64,000 nucleotides of DNA from Oculina patagonica (Eukaryota), in the NCBI RefSeq assembly GCF_052425735.1, contig NC_135770.1:36642001-36706000 (forward strand). The letters are read 5' to 3'. The translations under genes and the position numbers were made by a program. Positions 57,101-64,000 of the stretch are shown here, one piece after another. The notes beneath the pieces were generated by a model. That model had not been told where the DNA came from, ran no database searches, and saw nothing but the letters and a program-made list of their open reading frames with translations. Positions within the stretch are counted from its first letter, which is position 1. Every line of letters begins with the position of its first letter.

Positions 57101-60100
57101 GTGAAGACTCTTGCAATCTGCATGCACTTCCCATGCATTTAAAGACTGAGAAATGTACCAGATATATGAGGAAAATGAGACATTGGACAACCAATAATCA
57201 CTATCATCTACATTTTGTTGGAAAAGGGGTTGGGGTGGAGGGAGGTTTCATTAAAAATATTAACTTTCAGAGGCAGGGGAGTTTATAAGAGAGGGGGCCT
57301 TGTACGGAGTTTTTATATATAGTAATTAAATAAATTTCACCAACTGAGTCTTCAAGTTTTCAAGACCATAGGCTAGAGGAATAGTTCCCAATATAAACTT
57401 ACGATGTATAATTCTACAATATTAAAAGATACAGAACTTTTGATGTTAATTGCTTTTTGCCATAGAATGTTGCACTTGATCTTATTTGTCGTTGAATTTC
57501 CTTCTGCTAAAACTAGTCAATTATGATACAAAACACAGTTACCTTGTCTTGTGTTACAAAATGTGGGTCCCTGGAATCAGCAGACCAGTAGGAATGATCG
57601 AAAAAGAATTCCTTCTTGAAATCACGAGCCTTGTCCCCTTCTAATCCTACCTCACCATAAAGCTAAAATTGAAAAAAATATATATCTGGCATTGAAAAAT
57701 TTTATTGATTATAGTTACACTGTACAAGTTTCCATCTATTATTTAACAATAACATTTGACAGCAAGCTGAGTAGCTCAAGGTTTCTATCAGTGTGATTAT
57801 TCTAACTGTTTAGGCATACAATTTAACCCAGAAGTCGATCAGTGACAACAAAACTGAACATTGACTCTTTAATGTTCCAGAAAATATCCATACCCCTCAC
57901 ATGGAAAGTTTTATTTGATTTGAATTCCTCAATCCCTTTGATAATTCCAGTTTAGCCCCATACCCTCTTTTAAAAATTTTGGGTTTTGAGTCTGACCCAC
58001 CACCCCCTCCAATGATCTTCCACAGGGTGGGTACATATATTTTCTGGAACTGCAAATTAGATGGTGAGTTTCCTGACACTTAGCCACTGGGTTATCTAAT
58101 TAACAATTAGACTATGAGCCCGAGTTTTCTGTGAGTGAATAGTCAACAAGGCGTGGTCAAAGTTGACCATCACTCATACAAAATGAGGGGGAGTAATCTA
58201 AGTGCTTTAGTAGAAACTCTAAAGGATTGCAGTCCAAAACCTACAATTTTATGCACTTTCAAGCCAAAAATCAAGAATAATTGTTTTTTAAAGAGCCATT
58301 GTGTTCTATCAGCGAAAAGAAAACAATGGGAGAACCAATCAGATTTGCCCATTTCCAGTAGTCAGAACACAGATGCGTTTCTACTAATCGTTTATAGTCA
58401 AGGAAGGGCTTGAGAAAAATATTGATGATACATGTAGACTCCCCTACTCAGCTTTCCTTTTATTTGTGTGTGTGAGAGAGACCATCTCACTTGACAGTCA
58501 AGGAAAACATAAAATTTCAAGACTATGGGTGTGTTCCTTCCACTCAGATCATGGTGCATCAAAGGAACTGATGAATCCTTTACCAGAGCAGATCCATCCG
58601 TTCCTTTTATGCACCATGATCCGACTGATCCTGGATCATTGATCCTAATCCAGATCATCCCAAAGGAACGCACCCTAAAATCACTTCTTAAAAAATTATG
58701 ATTTCACAACAGTACAAAAGGTCACAAATTATAATATTAATTTTTTACATTTTTCAGTTTCATTGTAAGTTGATGATGATTGCATTTTGATAAAAAAATG
58801 TGAGCCTCTTTATATGTTATATGGGCTGTTGGCGCAAAGTTATAATTTAATACTTTTAACAATGTAGTACGTAGCTATTCTGTCACAAAAGAATGCAGAT
58901 TGAAGCTTAAAAGGTTAATAAGCTGATTAACATTTTTCCAAATTTACAAATCAGAACACAGCATGACTTTAACAAGTCACGCTGTTCATGATATCATTAA
59001 ACACAAATCGTTTACCCTCACAAAAAATCCTTCACTGTCTCAAAGGTCTACGTTAGTCAACTGTTACTTAAATATTTAGTGGTGTGGGCAGTTGTGGCTA
59101 CTATTTATCCACTGTATTTTGTTAACTAGAGGATTAAATTCTTATTGGATATTTTGTCATATGATGGGGGAAGATTTATGCAATAAGTGGATATCAAATT
59201 TTTAAGAACTCTAGTCTAAACACGTCTTAAGTTCACAGTTGCTCATGTGGTGCACAAAATGTATTAATTTTTACTAAAGAGGGCTCTCAATAACATTTGA
59301 AGTACTAGGTGGCTCCCATTGTGCGGCACCTGTCGGAGAGCAATATATTACAAGCTAAAAACAGCTCCACTTTATAGGCAATTGAATGAATTTAAGCTCC
59401 CAATCCATGATAGAATACCAGCTGGAGCTCCATCTAGTGCCGGTCTAACTGAAAGCCCTGCTAAATAATTTTATTAAACCCAGACAGTAAAGTTATTTTT
59501 ATTGTTTCAGTTTTTGACATTTTAAGACATTGATGTTGCACAGATAAGTAACTGACTAATGCAAAGAGATATTATTCCTCACACTCCTTGCAAGGTCATT
59601 GCCAGTAGTTTTGAATTTCTGTCTCCAAGGTGGGAGTGTGTAAGACAACAGATAATTTTAGGGCCTGTTTACATGGAGGGAGGGTGCCCCGGCTAACCGA
59701 GTTACCCGGCTAGAAGGGATAAAACCTAGCCCACCTTTACATGCAGAATTTGCAGCCCTTCTACCCGAGATGAGACAGCGTCATTGAAGCGTGTCACGGC
59801 GTGGGAAAACAATGTAGCTCCAAATGATTGAAGAAAAATATGACTTTTTACTGAATAATCAAGGTTTTTCGTCTTCAAACTTATTTTGAAATTCAACAGT
59901 ATTTGGCCGCCAAATTGAAATTAAATTTGTTGTGTCGTGAATTAGGATAATCATTCCCACGAAAATTTCGAATTAATTAGCTGTTGCTCAAAGAAATATT
60001 TCCAGGCGACTGATAAAACTAATTTTGATCAAATAGCACTGTTTGGGTCCAGAATTTATACATTTTATGCCATTAACTTCAAATTTAGTTCAAAAACACT

Positions 60101-62355
60101 TGCGAAAATTCATCCCGGCAAGCCGGGATAGCTCGGGCATAACCGTTTACCTGGCAAAAAGCTATCCCGCCTAGAAGGGTGCCCCGGGCACGTAGACCGA
60201 GTGCCCCGGCAAGGCAGGTTACCCTTCTAGCATGTAAAGGCTTCAATACGTTTTCTTAAGAAACGTATGAAAAGTTGGCTCGCCCAGGGTAGCTCGGTTA
60301 GCCAGGTAACTCGGTTAGCCGGGACACCCGCCTTCCATGTAAACAGGCCCTTAGACTACACGTGAAATAGTTGAAGTGATATTTACCGGTATGTCAAAAT
60401 TTGCATCAAGGGATTTTGTCACGATATACCACTAAATTATCAGGACTTATATTTTCCAAAAATATAAACCAGGTATATACGGTATATACTCTATATAAAT
60501 GGTAATCAGCTGCAGAAGGGAGAATTTAAATTCTTAACGAGACTGATAAGTAGCAAATTAATCAAAATTCAGTAAATTAAAAGCAATAAAAATGCACAGC
60601 TGGATATGTAACAAGTGTATAGTGTTCTTTATTTGTCATTCAAAGTCTTTTTGGGAAAAACATGCTCAGAGCAAAAACAAAAATTTTGGAACATGTGGTT
60701 CCAGAAAATATCCGTACCCGGGTACCCACCCCATAAAAGGTCACTGGAAATTCCAATGGGGGTCTCAAACCCAAAAGATTTAAAGCAAAGTATGAAATCA
60801 AGCCAAAATGGAATTTCTGGAGGAGGGAGGGGTTCAAACCTTAAAACCTTCTATAGATGGTATGGTTATTTTCTGGAAAAACACAAATTATGGGAGTCTG
60901 GTAAAAACAGTATGAAATGAGTAAATATATAAATATCACAATCAAGGGTCAAGATGTCTGATAAAAGAAAATCGCTCCAAAACCATTAGCGTTTATTGGT
61001 GACAAATTGGTATTATAAACATCAGGTTTATATGAAAAGCAAAAGCACGTGTACGCCACACACAGACGAACTTGCCCTTTGGACTCAGTTTACTGTCAAA
61101 ATGAAGAGCTTGTTATTACACCTAATATTTTTCGTAAAACAAACAAATAAAACACAATTACGTGATTTTAGCGTGAGTGGGAGCGCAATTTAAGTGCTTT
61201 TTATAAAGATGACTCCTTATTAACTTTAAAACAAAAATAAGCAATGTGTATTTTTAACACCAAAAAATCGATTCAATTTATGCATAATGGTAGTTGTTTA
61301 CGCAGAAATCGGATGTTAATATTCACAGCGTGAAGGTAAATTCCATGATTGACCACCTTTTCTCAAGACAACAACGCAATTAAAATGAATTATACAAAGG
61401 CGCTTTACGCTGTTGCACTTTAGAGTTTTGCTCTTTGAAAAAATTACATTTCTGGGAAATATGAAGGTCACGGAATGCAAATTCGTTGAAACTAACAAGA
61501 TTCTTTTTTCCTCATTAGTTCGAGTACATGTATCTTATCACGGCTAGTTTTATTTCTGGGAAGACAGGCTGAGGGAACGGGCGTATACGTAATATTGTAA
61601 ATGACATCGTTTTTACTTGTCTTAAAGCTTTGCCTAAATAGATGACAAATAAACTGATATCAAATAAAGACACGAGGCACTTTAAAATGTCTTTTAGATA
61701 TTCGACTTGGATCAAGAGAACGATCTACAGTTCGATATTCGCATGGGGGCGTATTTTCTGCGCGCATCATGCCGATTTCATTCACAAAAGAGCTAATATA
61801 ATATTAAGTTTATGATAAAGAAATAAACTCAGTTCCTCGTTAACCAGATAAAATACCACTGACGGTAAAAATAATATCTTCTGCAGTCAGGCTGGAAGAA
61901 AGAAAGTGTTTACATAACTAGTGCTACATGTAGGATTCTTAAAATAGAACCGATTTGTTAAACCAAGATCTTGTGATAAGCAAAACGTCAAAAAATGTCA
62001 TAAATCACACATCGAGTAAAATCAAATTTAATGACTGTCGGGAACGGTGTTAGAATAATTTGTATTAAAGTCACGATGATTTAATTTTACTGTACATCTG
62101 CTGATATTTAAACTAAATAACCGACCTTCGTGTTGAATATTGTTGTTTTCTGTCCTTCCATCTGAATAATGCATTTGGAGCCGAGCTCTATCTCCCTGTT
62201 GAACAAAGAAGGCCAAGAAATTCTTATTCTAAATCTTCAACGCAGAAATAATTATGTTACAAAGAAACACCGATGAAGATTAGCGAAATACATGAGCAAA
62301 ATATTCACCTGTTGTTGAGGGGCCGGGCGCGAACGGCCACTTTTAAAGAAGCCAT
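39146..62355 (-). CDS. Kinesin-3 of the KIF16 subfamily: motor + FHA + long coiled coil + C-terminal START domain (STARD9/KIF16A architecture, KIF16B-like motor), about 1506 aa
   Basis: Coding exons on the minus strand: 62309-62355 ([16 protein letters not shown]), 62126-62195, 57543-57662, 56755-56871 ([14 protein letters not shown]-loop), 56325-56357, 55960-56021, 55755-55873 (SYLEIYNE), 55447-55516, 55246-55318 (SSRSH), 54898-54965 (LVDLAGS), 53953-54053, 53444-53584 (VPYRDSVLT), 52909-53006, 52434-52520, 52218-52337, 51643-51765, 48338-48389, 48071-48205 (FHA), 47737-47837, 47504-47610, 47365-47409, 45197-46867 (coiled coil), 44065-44271, 43523-43557, 43354-43418, 42176-42276, 41805-41876, 41445-41541 ([16 protein letters not shown]), 41226-41268, 40881-40960 (SRDFC), 40394-40471, 39857-39934 (SGWIVEP), 39146-39250. 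Total 4521 nt, in frame. Confidence 0.92.
39995..40174. mobile_element. Palindromic MITE with TAG..CTA ends (Academ-like)
   Basis: TAGCCTGCGTGGCCGGCGTTCGAAGGGGA / TCCCCTTCGAACGCCGGCCACGCAGGCTA; whole element self-complementary; 9-bp flanks TAAATGTTG / CAAATGTTG. Confidence 0.8.
42305..42616. mobile_element. MITE with CATTCTCGTCCCC TIRs and 9-bp TSD (copy 1)
   Basis: TIR about 36 bp; TSD GTTTCTTAA at 42296-42304 and 42617-42625. Confidence 0.9.
42720..43218. mobile_element. PIF/Harbinger-type MITE
   Basis: TIR GGCCTAGTTCA.ACGTC.TGCTTCTGCCGTGCCGAACTTAAT; TTA TSD on both sides. Confidence 0.85.
44308..44625. mobile_element. MITE of the same family as 42305-42616, opposite orientation (copy 2)
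   Basis: Interior is the reverse complement of copy 1; TSD AGAGTTTAG at 44299-44307 and 44626-44634. Confidence 0.9.
48623..51519 (+). mobile_element. RTE-clade LINE, slightly 5'-truncated, antisense in a kinesin intron
   Basis: Single APE+RT ORF; (AAGTG)n tail overlapping the stop codon; candidate TSD AATGAAGAT at 48614-48622 and 51520-51528. Confidence 0.9.
48637..51510 (+). CDS. RTE-clade endonuclease/reverse transcriptase polyprotein (957 aa, uninterrupted)
   Basis: APE motifs [32 protein letters not shown]; RT motifs [43 protein letters not shown]; RTE-type C-terminus [12 protein letters not shown]. Confidence 0.93.
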   Translation: MQIMGISESRWCGSGKFILTTGETIVYSGRDDEVHQHGVAIMLNKDAAKALINWTPIDERIIRARFHSRYIKLTLIHVYAPTNDTDEEVKDHFYEKLQAIVEKTPKHDLLVITGDLNAKVGSDVEGYERVMGKHGVGTRNDNGEKLCEFCGMNDLMITGTIFPHKEIHKQTWISPDRRTCNQIDHVLINRKFRTSVLDTRAIRSADIASDHHLVCTKLRLKLKAAPKRRGIRRTRYDTQKQENDVCRRQFCLELRNRFEILQREELEDDETDRPEAELEKANGIIEKAYNMTAKKVLGYKKKKVKPWISKESWDLIEQRKTIKLKLDGTSSERLKEKRRVEYKAKDREVKRQIRRDKRNWTEGIAKEAEEAANMQHMKTLYNLTKTICNDKPRQSTVVNDRNGNALTSDEDRRKRWREHFMEILNREEPAYPINEEDCEQQDIADIDTGPVSKAEIRRAIKSLKNGKAPGEDMITAELLKADLEFTTDRVKELIDTIWSLEKVPRKWKRGLIIKIPKKGNLRECKNWRGVTLLPVVSKILGRIVIDRIRMGIDNRLRKEQAGFRSGRGTTEQIFILRNILEQVNEWQATLYINFVDFEKAFDSVHRNGLWMIMNQYGIPQKIVNIVRALYDGFECAVAEEEATSEWFELTTGVKQGCTMSGFLFLLIVDWVMRHTVKEEGTGLRWKFTSKLEDLDFADDVALISSTQRHMQLKTNRLVENAERTGLRVNVGKCKVLRVNAKSNEAITVNGLALEDVEKFIYLGATVCKQGGGEEDIKARLGKARGAFVKLNRVWNSSRVSRKTKIRLYKTLVKPVLMYGCETWKMNEGDAKKIDVFQNRCLRRIMKIKWQDKISNRELLERANVERLSEEVRRRRWRFIGHILRQQPDNDCVTALTWTPEGKRKRGRPKTTWRRTVEKERSKAGWQSWREVRTAAQDRNRWRAHVEALCANLAPGDK
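51836..52010. mobile_element. Shorter relative of the CATTCTCGTCCCC MITE family
   Basis: Ends in GGCTCTGGGGACGAGAATG; internal inverted arms; flanks CTATGAGTC / ATATGAGTC. Confidence 0.7.
52141..52227. repeat. 3 x 29-bp perfect tandem repeat overlapping a kinesin exon/intron boundary
   Basis: Unit CCCCACCCACCCTACCCACCTGCATGATG at 52141, 52170 and 52199. Confidence 0.95.
58527..58676. mobile_element. Harbinger-like palindromic MITE (partly deleted)
   Basis: GGGTGTGTTCCTT / AAGGAACGCACCC termini; internal GATCATGGTGCATCAAAGGAAC inverted repeat. Confidence 0.6.
59661..60350. mobile_element. PIF/Harbinger-type non-autonomous element (690 bp)
   Basis: TIR GGGCCTGTTTACATGGA...CCCGGCTAACCGAGTTACC; TTA TSD on both sides. 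Confidence 0.85.
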
Positions 62356-64000
62356 TGCAATAACCAAGAAAGCGACGAACTTTCGTTCCCTCGATTACTT
62401 TGCGGCGAGATATTACGAGAAATTCGTTGAAGTAGGTCTTGCTAGGGTACCATCACCATGGAGCGGGTTCTGAAGAGTTCGCTACCGTTCCAAACAGCAG
62501 CATTTTGTCTTTAAAGTGGCGAGTAAACACACAGGTAATTTCAGGTAACTCGAACCCCGTCTCCCGGCAAGTCTGTTTTGAATCTTCGTCGTTGACTCGA
62601 CTGCTCAGTTAGCTAGTAGACATCCGTTGTTTGTTCATTTACAGTAATGATGGGCCTCACTGATAAATAGGAAACTTAAACTTCCTGTGGTACAAAATAT
62701 CCTTCAAAATCCTCAAACGCAATGCAAGATCAGGTGCTTCTCGCGTGAATGGAGAAAACGAAAATCCAAATAGCCGTGTATGGCGTTACAGCAGCGGAAA
62801 CAGGCGATTTCCGTCTTTCTAAACCGTTTCTTTGAATAGAAATGGTGCTATGAGACAGGACAGGAAACGCATAAGTTGTTTCCTGTGATGCGATCGTGGA
62901 AAAAGTTCCAATCTGACAGTAAATCTTGATTTCAAATGCTCTAGGCAACGTGACTTCGAGTTTTCGAGAGTGTTATTTCAAATTCAAAGCGAGTGGCAAA
63001 ATATTTATTTCTAGTCTTTTCGATTGACCAATGAGAACAGAGCTTAGAATATCAGCAGCCAATCAGAACTGTTGTTTTCTCAAGATTCGATTCATCTGGG
63101 AAAGCCCGCCAAATTACGTACTGTATGTAATATGTAAATGCAAAATTTCTAGAATTGTACAGAAAAGGCTGAATTCTAATAAAATAAAGCGATTCTTGCT
63201 AATTTTCGCGAAGATCGTGTTAGAATTCATATATTAGAGCGGCACTGTTTCGCGTGCCACGCCTGACTTGTTTTCATTTTAAGGAAATGGCCCGTTATTC
63301 GAATTCGCCAGTGTTGACGTGTAAAAGTGAATAAATGGCCAGCATTTAGTAGACAGACATCCTTCTCAGATCAAAGATAATGAAAAATAATGAATAGATT
63401 ACGCTGTATTTTGAAATGAGCTAACTTTCATCTTTGCACTTGTCACAAATTCCCGAATATTTTGATACACATGAAATATGCCACGCTCAAGCAAAGTTCC
63501 GCTTCCTTGCTATTCAAGACTTCGAAATATTATGAATATTGTCAAACCGGAGAAAAACCTCTTTTATTGGCGCCGCTCGGATGGGAAAAGAAAAAAAATG
63601 ATGCTGTTGACGTATTTTACTAAATATACTGATCAAATCGCTTTTTATATGGCTATGGATAGAAATCACAAGTCACAAGACTCTTCTCTTCACTTGCAAT
63701 ATACATGTGAAATGTAGCAAATTCGATCGAGCACTGAAAAGGTTTCATTTGGAACTCACCCAGAAAAGCTCATTGGAAAAGTTTACATATCACAATTGAA
63801 CTAGTTGGTTCTGGAAGTCGTATTTTATTTGAATAATGATTCCACAAATTTTACTTTCTTTTACAAATGTTTCATTTAATTCGAAAAAGAAGTAAGAACT
63901 GCGTCATTCTATTATCTTGGTTCTAACAAGTTATTATCAAGTAAATCAAACCAGTTTTTAGGTTTTAAACAGTACCGTAAAAAAAAAACAGTCTATATTT

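Overview
Eukaryotic, intron-rich animal DNA (about 38-40% GC by eye, one assembly gap at 5607-5741). The repeat families suggest a cnidarian, probably a stony coral; this is inference. I reconstructed four spliced genes by hand. (1) The 3' part of an uncharacterised + strand gene (130-5367), with a GC-AG intron. (2) A complete KCTD3/SHKBP1-family BTB + beta-propeller gene (- strand, 7300-20326, 18 coding exons, about 662 aa). (3) A complete UDP-glucose pyrophosphorylase, UGP2 (- strand, 24844-33579, 14 coding exons, about 503 aa), whose frame needs a minor-spliceosome intron with rare AT-AG ends. (4) A complete kinesin-3 with a KIF16B-like motor and FHA domain, a long coiled coil and a C-terminal START domain (STARD9 architecture; - strand, 39146-62355, 33 coding exons, about 1506 aa). 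Two young 5'-truncated LINEs have intact ORFs: a CR1/L2-group element that split a tRNA-derived SINE, and an RTE in a kinesin intron. Introns are packed with palindromic MITEs and SINEs. The most notable observations are the AT-AG U12 intron, a 1.17-kb foldback element carrying outward-facing splice donors, an inverted MITE pair bracketing three exons, a structured intronic RNA with hammerhead core motifs in permuted order, and repeated tandem duplications of splice sites. There is no prokaryotic system or CRISPR array. Most short ORFs in the track are spurious.
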